From Octopus sinensis (Eukaryota): a DNA stretch of 64,000 nucleotides. The translations under genes were made by a program, and so were the position numbers. Shown here piece after piece: positions 28,587-41,679 of this stretch (its first letter is position 1; each line of letters starts with the position of its first letter). Location: contig NC_043024.1 of the NCBI RefSeq assembly GCF_006345805.1, positions 12,400,001-12,464,000 on the forward strand, read 5' to 3'. The notes below the pieces were generated by a model. That model did not search any database, was not told where the DNA came from, and saw only the letters and a list, made by a program, of their open reading frames with translations.

Positions 28587-28587
<1 letters not shown>
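27421..28587 (+). mobile_element. Tc1-family DNA transposon remnant (DD36E spacing); left TIR missing
   Basis: RKPLLS...W..VIFLD*S...QDDNAPIH...WSPQSPDLNIIEHLW. One stop and one frameshift. Right TIR ends ...TTTTGTCCAACCCCTG followed by TA (28588-28589). Confidence 0.9.
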
Positions 28588-28631
<44 letters not shown>

Positions 28632-28989
28632 CACACACAGACATATATGTATCATCATTGTTTATATATTCATGTGTGTGTGTAGATATATATATATATC
28701 TACACACACACACGCACATATACATATGCTTGTCCTTATACATATTTGCCTGTAATGAAGCAGAGAGAGAGACATTCATACAAACACCTACACAGGTGTT
28801 TTCTTTTGTTGTTCTATTAGAGACAAATTTTCCAATAAAGTCGATTTTAATAGCCTTCAGTTTTACTTTGGTGAAAATAAATTTACTCACGTCTACATTT
28901 GATGGTTTTTATGTTTTAGACTTCTTCCAATGAATTCCCATCACAACAACATTGTTTGTAAGCAGAAAAACAAGTTTAGTCGTTCGCAA

Positions 28990-29850
28990 TGTTCAAAATG
29001 GTTGTGTGGTGAGACGTTTGGTCCCCAACCAGATAGTTCTGGGTTCAGTCCCACTGTGTAGCACCTTGGGCGAGTATCTTCTACTATAACTTTGGGCCGA
29101 CCAAAACCTTGTGAGTGGATTTGGTAGATGGAAACTGAAATAAGCCCGGCATATACATACATACACACACACATATATATAGGCGTAGGAGTGGCTGTGT
29201 GGTAAGTAGCTTGCTTAACAACCACATGGTTCTGGGTTCAGTCCCACTGCATGGCACCTTGGGCAAGTGTCTTCTGCTATAGCCTCGGGCCGACCAAAGC
29301 CTTGTGAGTGGATTTGGTAGACGGAAACTGAAAGAAGCCCGTCATATATATGTATATATATATATGTGTTTGTGTGTCTGTGTTTGTCCCCCCAACATCG
29401 CTTGACAACAGATGCTGGTGTGTTTATGTCCCCGTAACTTAGCGGTTCGACAAAAGAGACCGATAGAATAAGTACTAGGCTTACAAAGAATAAGTCCTGG
29501 GGTCGATTTGCTCGATTAAAGGCGATGCTCCAGCATGGCCACAGTCAAATGACTGAAACAAGTAAAAGAGTAAAGAGTATATACGTGTGTGTGTGTGTCT
29601 TTGAATTAATGTTTGAGTTCCCCACCCCACCACTTGACAACTGGTGTTGGTGTGTTTACATTCTTGTAACTTAGCAGTTTGGAAAAAGAGACCAATAGAA
29701 TAAGTACCAGGCTTACAAAGAAAAAAAGAAAAAGGAAAGAAAAACAAAACATAAGTATTGGGGTTGATTTGTTTGACTAAAAATTCTTGAAAGTGGTGCT
29801 CCAGTATGGCCACAGACTAATGACTGAAACTAGTAAAAGATAAAACAATT
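28990..29850 (+). mobile_element. Cluster of family B SINEs (5' half, full copy 29182-29577, 3' half)
   Basis: Three consecutive matches to 20195-20598. Confidence 0.85.
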
Positions 29851-30237
29851 TCAGGTCCAACTGCACACAGTGGACATCTGGTAAACAGAAACTATGCAGA
29901 AGCCTGCCGTGTGCGTTTGTGTAGAAAGAATCCCCTTGTACAGAGAGTATCGTTATTTCTATGTCTGCCATGAAAAACATGTCTAACCATTGAAAGTCCA
30001 GGGAATAAAAGTACCATAACCTCTGCTAAATGTAATGCCTAATTTTAGAATGACATTGTAGGGTAGGTGCAAGAGGCTGGATATGGTCAGTTTAAATGCT
30101 AAAGGGTTAATTGAAAACAAGTGAGGTTTGGTGATTGGAAGAAAATCTGATGGTAAAAAAATCAACATCCATATATCGAGTGTAACTGCTATAAACATGG
30201 AAAAAGCCAGCGTAAAATAATTACAATGATGATGATG

Positions 30238-30268
<31 letters not shown>

Positions 30269-30914
30269 TATTTGTTTATCCACAGTGTCTAACAGTTGTA
30301 GAAAGGTTACAAAACCAGGAGGTTACAAAATCATTGATTTCTCAACATAGGATTTGACCGAGAGGTGTTGAAAGCTTTGTATAATTGTCAGATGCTGTGT
30401 GTGTAAGCTGTAAGTAAACTTCTAACTAGACTTCCAAATGCACCCATAACCTCAATTATACACCCAGTGTGAATGTCCCCTGAGTCTCAGTTTGCAAGGT
30501 AATATATACGATTTACACAAACAGCACTGATTGGTAGAGGTATCAGAGCGTGTTTTGTGATATTCGTTGCTCAGCTCAAAAATGTGCTTCAGACATGCTT
30601 ATCTATTCAACAGAGACATTTCCATCCCGTTATGCTGTAGACCTGTGTAATAATAATAATGACGATGATGATGATGCCATGATGATAGTGGTGGTCACTC
30701 CCATCAATTCTGACGCATGAGTGTTTGAAGGAAAGGATTTAAAAAAAAAGATTAAAAATAGAAAAAAAACAAAAAAACAGTATCTGTTTGTGATGAATGC
30801 CTGAATGTAATTTGAGTCCAGGAATGGATTTTGCTATGAAGTCACAATGAGGACAATGAGGATTTTGATTTAGCCTGGGAATCAGACAAAAGTGTTGGTT
30901 AGCTCCAGGATAAA

Positions 30915-31290
30915 ATTCTTTTATTGTTCTGTCTCTTCAACTCAAATTGCTTTGATGCATCAAGACACATTTTGCACCATTCAGATTGAGCTTGGCAATA
31001 ACTTTACCAAAATGTTAAATCAAGCTGGAAGGGGTCTTTGTGATTGTTTCAACTTATCCTTACACCTTAGCAGCAGTCTTCCTTTACTGCAAAATTCCTC
31101 TACTTGTTGGAAATGCAAAATCATTTTTGTGCATTTGAACAACATGTCCTGCCTTTCAGCACAGGATTGTTAGCAGTATGCTTTCAGTACGGGAATTGTC
31201 AAATTTTTCTGAAATGTTTCGCCACCTGATAATGTATCCTGTCGCAAGAGACCTGATCCTGTAACCCAATCCATGTACAGATATTAAACA
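30915..31290 (-). mobile_element. RTE/BovB-like LINE fragment, degenerate
   Basis: The reverse complement aligns by eye with 19600-19785 (GGACATG..., GGAAGAC...TAAGGATAAGTTGAA.CAATCAC). Confidence 0.6.
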
Positions 31291-32415
31291 TGACCACAAC
31301 CTCAAACAAACAACTTGTGTTCTTCGCAAGTGCCACCTGATACAGAACAACAACAAAGCGATATACTCGCATCGTGTGCGTAAATAATGATGACATCATC
31401 AACTCTTTTGAAACAGCAAATTTCATACAACTTTCTTCACTCCCATCTCTGCCTCTATCTCTCTCTTTCTACTGCCATTCTATATTATGCCACTCACCAC
31501 TCCTATAATTCCACCCAGTAAAGTCAGACTTCTGGAATTCTCTTTTCTGCCCACAGATTCTCAGCAGCCCATAAACATGCACATGTCAACAGCGTCATGC
31601 AAAGACAGTGATGTCAGCACCAATCACAGATGAACTCTGACCTCAGCAGGTCATGGAAACAGCTGCTTCATTGCTTACTAAACACACTGAAAGAAATCTA
31701 AAACAATTCAAGTACAGATGAGTAGTGGCGGTGGTGGGGGATGGGGTGGATGAGTGTGGCCAGGTCATGTCATGGCCTAAAGAGATGGGGGTGGGGTATA
31801 AGTATAAGCAAGAGGCTTTTGTTTCTTCTGCCTGTGTGTTGTGATACTAACCTGTGGGCAGGAGATATAAAGCTTGCACCAGGCCTGCCTTCATGCACCA
31901 CCCTCAAGTGACCCATCCTATCACACAGATGCAACAACTCTCTCTCTCTCTCTCTCATGCGACCACTTCTAAGGGTACATGCTACCCGTTTAATAACCAA
32001 AGTGCTTTTTTGATTTTAAAAATATTATGTGTCATTTGGCCCGATTGGAGATTGTCTGTTTTTGTTTAGCCTTTGTTAAGTCCTGATCCAGCAGATTTGT
32101 AATCAAAGGTGTTGCAGCCATGACCATCTCCTCTTTTTATTCAGTCACAGTGTATATAACAGCACATTATTCAATGTCAGTGTTGTGGTCAGTGTGGTCA
32201 GTGTTGTAGTCAGTCAGCATTCAACAGACATAGGTATGGGCATAGCCATGCAGTTAGAAGCTGGCTTCCCAGCCACAGGATTCAGGTTGGAGTGTCACTA
32301 CAGGATCCGATGTCTATCTTCTACGATAGACTTGGGCTGACCAAAGCCTTCTGAGTGTATTTAGTCTACAGAAATTGAAAGGTGCTGTCATTTATTTATA
32401 TATATATATATATAT

Positions 32416-32717
32416 ATCACCGTGATCACCATGACCAACCAGGCTATCAGATGTTGCTACACATCGCTAGTCACAATGTGCTTTGCATTGTTTTAGCCTC
32501 CAAGTGATGCCATGCCACTGGCTAAGCGAGCAGGCCAACAGAAGAAAGAGTGAGAGAAAGTTGTGGTGAAAGAGTACAGCAGGGATCGCCACCACCCCCT
32601 GCCCGAGCCTCGTGGAGCTTTAGGCGTTTTCGCTCAACACTCACAACGCCTGGTCTGGGAATCGAAACCGCGATCCTACAACCACGAGTCCGCTGCCCTA
32701 GCCACTGGGCCTCCACC
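32416..32717 (-). mobile_element. tRNA-headed SINE, family C
   Basis: GGAGGCCCAGTGGCTAGGGCAG...GGTTTCGATTCCC head; tail GCGATGTGTAGCAACATCTGAT shared with 41358-41608 (+); head-only copy at 47291-47362. Confidence 0.75.
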
Positions 32718-32937
32718 TATATATATATATGATAAAGGAGCATTGGTTACAGAACAAACATTAAATTGGGGTCAACGACTTTACATACAACACCACCCCA
32801 CAAACATTTAATCATATATAAAAATAACCATGGTTCCCAAACACATAAAAAAATAATACATATACATAAAATCACAGAATGTAAAAATATATATGTATTC
32901 TAATAACCAAGAAAAAAGCAACAAGAATGGATTGTTA

Positions 32938-33027
32938 GATTAGTACAATTGTTTCATACTATAAACATTTTATTTCAAGCTGCAAATTTTACAGCAAATA
33001 TAATGTCGAGTATTCATCAGCTAAATC
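32938..33027 (-). ncRNA. Type I hammerhead ribozyme, intact core, extended stem II
   Basis: Minus strand reads GATTTAG-CTGATGA-ATACT...(48 nt, self-complementary)...AGTAT-GAAA-C-AATT-G-T-A-CTAATC. Both core boxes, all three stems and a GUA cleavage triplet are present. Confidence 0.8.
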
Positions 33028-34029
33028 ACATATAGGTTTTCCAAATATCTTAGATAGTGTAAATATCCTTATGAAGTTATAGTAGTGAGCAATGATGTGG
33101 CTGTGATCGTTTTTGGTTAGGCATAATCTATAAGAGCAACCTTATCATTTCGGGTCCCCTGTTTCGATTGGAGCCACCAGCTGTATGAAAATTTCCTGAC
33201 TCCCCACCCCTTGTCAGAAAACAGCTTCAGGAGTTGTGAAGAACGAATTTGTACGTAGTCTGTTTCTGAAAGTTATTCCATTGGACCTCTGTCTAATTCA
33301 TTAAAACATTGATTTAATTTATGAACATAGAAAGAAATTATACATAAATCCCTATTTTTGTAAGCAGTTGTATCCATAAAAAATTTATTTGCAGAGAGCA
33401 GAAATTGAAAGAAGATATATGAAATGGATGCATGTGTGTGTGTGTGTGTGTTTCTGGCTAATTTGGCAGGAGTTTTGCAGTCAGCATGAGGTGGTTTGTG
33501 TTTATCTCTCGAGTTGAACTGTTGTTAATTTGTCTGTAATAGCAAAGCCTGGACAGGTTGAAATATCTCAGTTTATTACTCCTTTGCCTGCAGTAAAACA
33601 AGCCAGGAGCCCTTCTCCAGTAAGTTGAAGAAGCAATAAGAATATTTTAATAAGTTTTAGCTTCAGTTTACATTTTATATGTTACCAGACAGTGTGTTTA
33701 TAGTTAATTAAGTATACTAACACAGGTGCCTCCCTCCTAACTTCCAGAAAAATTGATATTTTTAAGTGAAATTTTCAACAAATACATTTCAGATGGTGTG
33801 GATTCTGATTATATCAGAATTTGTCGGGAAAAACATTTCCGTGGCTACGGAGAAAAGTTTCGGAAATTTTACACACACACACACACATGTGTAATATATA
33901 TATATATAGTGTTTGGGGGGCTGTGTGAGACAGAAAATGTGGTGTGTACGTGATGGAGAAAGAGAGAGATAACTGAAATTTTTTTAATTCACTTTTTGTA
34001 GTGAGTCAATGTATGAGTGATTGATAGAG

Positions 34030-34077
<48 letters not shown>

Positions 34078-34164
34078 TATGTATGTGTGTGAACGGCTTC
34101 AGTGACACACACACACACACACAAACATATGTATGTACTCTTATTGCATACATGTTCATGTGCA

Positions 34165-34213
<49 letters not shown>

Positions 34214-34378
34214 ATGTCTTTTGTTTTTGCTTGTTGTAAAACCATACATACAAACAACAAGCAAAAACAGAAAACATAGCTTCTCTCTCTCAATCTTAAT
34301 CATATGCACACACACCATTGCTCTCTCTGTCTCTTCACACACACTGACAAAACTTCACATACACACCACACTTTCTGT

Positions 34379-34417
<39 letters not shown>

Positions 34418-37064
34418 CAATCTCTCTGCTTCATGCTGACTTCAAAAGATAGCCCCTCTTCTAATTTGTGTGAGAAACTGTAACTAAAAATTAAGATTGT
34501 TAACCCCACAAAGAGGTGAAAGAAGAGAGACAGCATAGCGAAAGTTTTGGCTGACTATTATCCTGTACTCCTGTGAAATGGTATAAGCCGGCTGTGTGAG
34601 CAACTGGTTGTTTTAATGGTGGAACAAACAGGAATTCCATTAGAAAAAGTTTTAATCAATTTTCTCGGTAAGTATAGGGGCTAGGAAAAAATACAAACTG
34701 CATTCCAATCAATGCACCCGTCTCCACACGTGTGCTATTTTTCACATGAATCCACCCAGCCGTTTGGCTGTGAACCTCAAGACAAGAAAGAATACAACGA
34801 TTGCCCATGTCCAATTTTGGTGGCACGTAAAAAGCAACCCACTACACTCTCGGAGTGGTTGGTGTTAGGAAGGGCATCCAGCTGTAGAAATACTGCCAGA
34901 TCAGACTGGAGACTGGCGCAGCCTCCTGGCTTCCTAGACCCCGGTCGAACCTTCCAACCCATGCTAGCAGGGAAAACAGACGTTAAACAATGATATATAT
35001 ATATATAGTTGGAATTTACAAAAAACAAAAGACGAAGACGGGTGTGTAAACATCAAAGAGGTGAATTAGTTTAATGCTTGGGAAGGTGAGAAAGTCTTTT
35101 ATGTTTGGAGCTAACGATCTTCAACAGAAAGGAACACAAGAAAAACAGAGAGAATAAAAAAAAGAAAAGCTTTAATAGCTTGCGGTCAATCACACATACA
35201 CACGTGTTTGTGTGTGTGTGTGTGTGTGTGTTTGTCTTTGTTCAGTGTTTCTCCCTCCAACATTGTTTGACAACCAGTGTGGTTGTGCTTATGTCTCTGT
35301 AACTTAGCAGTTTGGCAAAAGAAACTAATAGAATAGAATAGAATAAGCACCAAGCTCATACAGAAAATAAGTCCTGGGGTCTGATTCATTCAACTAAAAA
35401 TTCTTCAAGGTGGTGCCCCAGCATGGCCACAGTTTAATGATTGAAACAAGTAAAAGATAAATATAGGATGACAATGTTCCACTCAGGACAATTTGGTATT
35501 TGACACTGTGTACCTAGGATTACATTTTCTAATGTATCTTTCCTTATTTTTATAAAAAGCAGTGAATTGGGAGAATAGTCAGAGTGGTGGAGATTCTGTT
35601 TCAAGGTTTTTGGTCCAAACCTCTGTATTTTAAGATCCATCAGGATGAAGTCAGATTTGCCCTTCATCCTTTTGAGATCAACAGAAGAAATACCAAACCA
35701 GGATGCTGCTGGATTTGTGGAACCCTTGGAACTTGTCCAAGCTCTTTACATTTGGATAATAATATCTGCAAGAACCCAGGTGCCAAGCCATGGAATTGGT
35801 CCTAATGAAGCAGCCTTTCCTTTGGCCAACATCAGGGGCCTGCATAAACAAGTGTAGATATATGGCCAGCCTTGACTGATAGAAACTTCTCTATAGCATT
35901 TAGAGGTAATTGGCTGCAATTTTTAGCATGTTGAGTGATCAAACAGAGTAGGGGTTTCTAAAAGAGCTAGTAATGCCTCCTTGTGGATCTGTGAACCGAC
36001 AAGGGAACAACAAATATCAATAGGGTACTTTGGTGATGAAGGGCACAAATTGTTTAGGGGAGTCATGGTTTTCTTTAGAAATAAATTATTTAAATCCGAT
36101 GCAATAATTATTTTTTAAACAGTTTCAAAAAAATAAAGAAATAAAAATCTTTTGTTGGAATTAAAATATGAGTTGGGCATTGAATACAAATATGTCTGCT
36201 TGGGTGCAACAAAATTGTGGTAAGAACTTTCCTTCCCAACCAAATGGTTTCAGGTTCAGTCTCCCTGTGTGGATCCTTGGGCAAAGCATTTTCTACTATA
36301 GCCTCAGGTTAACCAAAGTCTTGTGAATGAATTCAGTAAATGGAAACTGAAAAAAGCCTATCACACGTGTGTGTGTGTGCATGTATGTGTGTGTGTGTGT
36401 GTGTGTGCGTGTGTGTATGTGCATGTGTGTGTCTGTGTGTAGGACACTCCTCCACTTCTTGACAACTGGTGCTGATTAGTTTCTGTCCTCATAACTTAGC
36501 AGTGCAGCAAAAGAGACTGACAGAATGAGTAGGAAACTTTAAAACAAAAATAAATAAATGCTGGGGTTGACTTGCTTAATTCAAGCCCCAGCATGGCTGC
36601 AATCCAATGACTGCTGCAATGTAGAAGATAAGTTGGCGCACTTTCTTTATTAATTTCTTTAAACATTTAAGACAGGAGGGGGGGATGCACACAAATGTCT
36701 AAAAAGGAGCCCATAGTAATATAGAAGAAGAATCATTGAACACAGCTTTTGTTGGGTTCAAACAGATTCCATTGTTTCTTTTGTCAGAGTGGTTTTTGCA
36801 AAATTAAAGGCGAGAGTAGGCGAATGGGTGATCGAGTGTGAAGTAAGAGAGTGCTGAAGTCGAAGACTGCTGACCCAGAGCTTCCCTTGTTGAGCCCAGT
36901 TCTTGCTTATTTCGAGCACAACATTATCCCACTTCTACTCATAAGTAACCGGAGAAGGTTATCACTAACATAGTTTTTCTAAAGCAACCCACCCTAATTC
37001 CTAACTATTACTGCACAGTCCATATAATACAATATTTACTACCACACCCTGAACTAATTTTTAC

Positions 37065-37110
<46 letters not shown>

Positions 37111-37164
37111 AAAGAGAGATGGACAGTGGCAGCGTTGGCGTTTCAGAAATATGTATGTATGCAT

Positions 37165-37221
<57 letters not shown>

Positions 37222-37227
37222 ACATAT

Positions 37228-37428
37228 AGGGTGTCCCAGAAGTCGCACACCATTCTGATTTTCGTTAAAAATAATTAACGCAATTTATTTAATTGCATTT
37301 TTTTCTGCTTGTTTTATTACAGAGGTTGCTCAATTTGAGGATTTGTTATGATTAATTTTGATAAAGCATTTTTGAAATCAATAAAGGTGTATTCTTTTAA
37401 AAAACCAGGATGGTGACTTCTGGGACAC
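37228..37428. mobile_element. Tc1/mariner-type MITE
   Basis: TIRs AGGGTGTCCCAGAAGTCGC / GGTGACTTCTGGGACAC in TA context. Confidence 0.65.
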
Positions 37429-39839
37429 AATATATCATCCTATATATATATCATCATCATCATCATCATCGTTTAACGTCCGTTCTCCATGCTAGCATGG
37501 GTTGGACAGTTCAACTGGGGTCTGGGAAGCCAGGAGGCTGCGCCAGGCCCAGTCTGTTCTGGCAGTGTTTCTACAGCTGGATGCCCTTCCTAACGCCAAC
37601 CACTCCGTGAGTGTAGTGGGTGCTTTTTATGTGCCACCTGCACAGGTTCCAGATGAGGCTGGCAAACGGCCACGATCGGATGGTGCTTTTTACGTGCCAC
37701 CGGCACTGGAGCCAGACAATATATATATAATATATATATATATATAATTTATATCTTTTATTGTTTATCTGTTTCAGCCATTAGACTGCAGCCATGCTGG
37801 AGCACTGCCATGAAGAAATTTATTCAAATGAATTGACATCAGTACTTTTATGTTTTAAGTCTGGTACTTACTCTATCAGTTTTTTGTTGAACTGCTAAGT
37901 TGTGGGGATGTAAACACACCAACACTGGCTGTCAAGCGGTGGTGGGGATGGGTGAGGGTGCAAACAAAGACACCCAGAGATATTCTTTAATCTTGTTTCT
38001 TGTTTCAGTCATTATGGGAATGTCCCTTGTAGTGTTGTGTCTGCTGAGCACATTCACCATTTGTGGCAATCGGGTATCAATCACCCGGGGTGGAGCATGT
38101 TGAGTGCATTCTAAATGATTAATATGGGAGACAGACTGTAATGGAAGCTTTATTTAGGACAACAAACACTTTGGCCCCCTATTGGGTTGGGACCGATATA
38201 AGGGAATCCATTACATCACCACCCTCCCACTCGGGAGCAGTGCAGAAGGAAGCTGAAACGGTCTTTGTCCTAAACAACATTTCTAGTACACTCAGTCTTC
38301 TGTATTAATCATTTAGAATGAATGAATGAATGAATCTATCTATCTTTCTATCTATCTATCTTTCTATCTCTCACCAAAATAAAAAAAAAACAAAGGTAAA
38401 AAAGAGACCCACTTACTGTAATGCATTTTCTTTTTGCATGACATTATTGTCCAAGGTTCCCGTCGTCTTTTCCATAGGCTTTTCTATCCACGGACAAACC
38501 TAATCTATTTTCCCTTTTTACATTGACATTTCTGTGATGCACAATCCCTATTGATCGGATCCACTTTTTTTTTCTCATGATCCCTTTTGATTGGAATTCA
38601 CCACCCCCACCTTTTTCCCCCCTTCCCGAAAAGAAAAGCTCTACTTTGTATTTTGTCCTTTCTGTGTTCAGCCCTGCATGGCCAATAAAGAAATCTATCT
38701 GTCTGCCTGTCTAATCTATCTATCTATCTACCTACCTACCTACCTGCATACTCATGCCACAGCACACCAGACACCTGTCTGCATCCTGCCACTTGACTCC
38801 ATAACTGCACTACAGGACACCACAGCATAATCAGACAACACTACATCATGCTACACCAAAACACAACACTACACAAGAACCCTGGTCCACAACACTGTAC
38901 AAGACAAAATGCAGAAGCCTCTATCTAGTTAAACAATTGCTAGAAATAGGAACCAAACGCCCATTGCATTAGAATCTACTGTGTTAAACAAAAGACACAT
39001 TAGATAATGTAGTCCTAGATCTATAAGTAAGACTGGATACTAGGTCATCTTTGATCATGGGCCTATTCCAACAGGGTTGACCTGGAGCTAAACATCAACA
39101 CTATGCACACACACACACACACACACACATGCCTATACATACAAAAATTTGAGAGCTCTGCTCTTGAATATCAACAGAAACACCATCTACATCTCGATGA
39201 TAAAGATCTCATCAATATATAATTTATATTTGATTTCTGTAGGTTTCAGCCATGAACATTCAGTTGCTCATTGAATTAACAGGGAAGTGGCTGAGTATCT
39301 CTCAAGCAGATTCAATGTGACAGTGGGATAAAGCTTCACCTTTAAATGACAAGAATCCTCTACCACAATGGACTTTGGTTCAGTTTACAACAGACCGGTT
39401 TCACTCGCAAGCTGGCTTAGCCCATGTCTTACCCAAGTCTATTCCTGAGTCTATACCCAAGTCTTAACCAAGATGCCATTCATTGGAATCTGACCTGAGA
39501 CCTCATCACTGTGAAACGAAGCTCTTAACTATTCAGCCATGCTGCAGTGATACATCAAGACATACATACACACACAAATACACACACTTGTGTGTGTGTA
39601 TATATATATATCATGCATACATGCCACATACTTCCCTGTAAGTAGAACTCATGAACACACGTGCACACATTTGCAATAAGCAAACACAAGAAATTGATGA
39701 GTAAACAAAAGGTTAATTAGCTAAATTAATGTAAATAGTAATTACACCTAATTATGCATGCATTCAGCATATATAGTATACATTACTTAATTATAAAAAC
39801 TATACATTCAGTCAAGAAAAGCATTCTGAGTTCACTTGT

Positions 39840-40700
39840 CACCAAACCTTCAAGTCTAAAGTTAAAGCTAAATTTACACATGTATATGATGTCTGAGACA
39901 TACATAACCCCTAAAGAAACCTTAAAGAACAACTAACACCAAAACAGAATCTTTTCATCTCACTCCCCAGTTATTAAAAATCCAGTCAACAACATTAGCA
40001 GAAGAATCTCTAATCTCTTTCCTAAGAGAGGTCTTCAATAAAGCAACTCCATATTAGGAGTGTTCTGTAGCAAATAGTTCCAAAGACAAAATTAAACATA
40101 TACAATATACACACCCAATTCTACCAATACTTAACTATAAAGATCAATATAGCTAAATATCTTTTTGGTGCTAGTAAATAAACACTTCCCTACAGATCAC
40201 TATTATGGGAAAATTTTGAACAGAAGCTGCTTGAAGGTGCATTACTGTTCAACTACCAACAAGAAAAACATCATAACACACAAACCACCAAGACCAACAG
40301 AAACAAGATGCAGTATTTAAATATACTGAAGCATGCCCATTCAAACAATCTTGCAATGTCAAGGCATAAATATACAAAATTGAAATTACCTCCATTAACC
40401 CAAGAGATCAGTTGGTTGTAAATATTACATAGGAATGGTACAGGGCAAACTCAAACAGTGGTACACCAGCAACACTGCTTCCTTTAGGCATATTGATTGA
40501 TACAACAAAAACCACAGCCTTGACTAATTAATTCTTGTAGCTGAAAGAGACCAAGATCAGCTATAAAAATAAAAGAAAACACAAGACCAAACATGGATGG
40601 CACAAGATGTCATTCATGCACAATGGAATGGAACATTATACCAAACAGCATTAAAAATTCAATAAAATATTCTAAATACAAGATCAAAGTTTTTCTGCAA
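39840..40700 (+). mobile_element. Decayed Penelope-like element (RT C-terminus, Cys motif, GIY-YIG endonuclease)
   Basis: Across stops and frameshifts: SHSPVIKNPVNNISRRIS; VNKHFPTDHYYGKILNRSCLKVHYCSTTN; CPFKQSCNVK*IYKIEI; YYIGMVQGKLKQWYTSNTASFRH; TTALTN*FL*LKE; RCHSCTME. These match Neptune/Naiad-type PLE motifs as recalled. Confidence 0.7.
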
Positions 40701-40992
40701 GTGTTAAAACTTGAACAAGTTTCTGTAAAAATTTTGGAAGCTCATTTCAACATTGGATTAAAAAAAAAAATAGGCAGAACAACCAAGCTCATTGGTTTCA
40801 GCTGACATTTTCAAGCAGCCATGCTCTTTACTGATTCTTAGATCATAAAGGCTCACATCAGGCCTTAAACACCAGCCTGGACCAGCATCTTGACCAGTCC
40901 CCAAGGACAAATAATTGATTGTAAGACTATATCTCTTTCTTTATAAATGTCCTGAAAACTCCTTACAGCCTTGGTTTTGTTATCTGTTTTTG

Positions 40993-41035
<43 letters not shown>

Positions 41036-41620
41036 GTTACATTTGTTTGTAAAGATGTACTTCTTGATTTCCAAGCGCTTTATAAAGCCTTCATATTTCA
41101 GGCGCAAAGGCCATCTTCAGAATGAAAAAAATAGCCTGGGAAATGTCCAATGGGTTAACAGAACCTACATAACTGGACATTTCCAAGACTGTTTACCTTT
41201 TGAAAATGGGACTTTGCACCTGAAATATAAAGGTTTTATAAAACATTCTGCATCGTCAGAAGCTTTTTATTTTCTCTGTTTTTACCATCGTCAGTTTTAC
41301 AATCCTTTGAGTGAACTGCAACACCCTTATTTGATGTGTGTGTGTGTGTGTGTGTGAACGCATGTGATGAAGGGGTCAGGATGTTGCACTCCCGATTGCC
41401 AGGTCGTGGCTTTGATTCCCAGACCAGGAGGCGCACTGTGTTCGTGAGCAAAGCACTTCATTTTACATCGCCCCAGTCCCCCTTTTGATCAGGGAAGAGT
41501 GTTGGCTTGCTCACCTACCCAGTGGGGTGGCATCATTCTAAAACGATGCAAAGTTCATTACGACTAGCAATGTGTAACAACATCTAATGATCTACTCAGT
41601 CATGTGATATATATATATAC

Positions 41621-41663
<43 letters not shown>

Positions 41664-41679
41664 CACACACACACACACA

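Noticed and set aside
33140-33190. Second hammerhead-like motif near the intact ribozyme (minus: CTGGTGGCTCC...GGACCCGAAA)
   Set aside because: Core needs a 2-nt deletion plus substitutions and stem I does not form.
38140-38285. Short inverted repeats TTTAGGACAA/TTGTCCTAAA with GCTGAAACGG
   Set aside because: May be a PLE-type end but no CUGANGA box; too short to assign.
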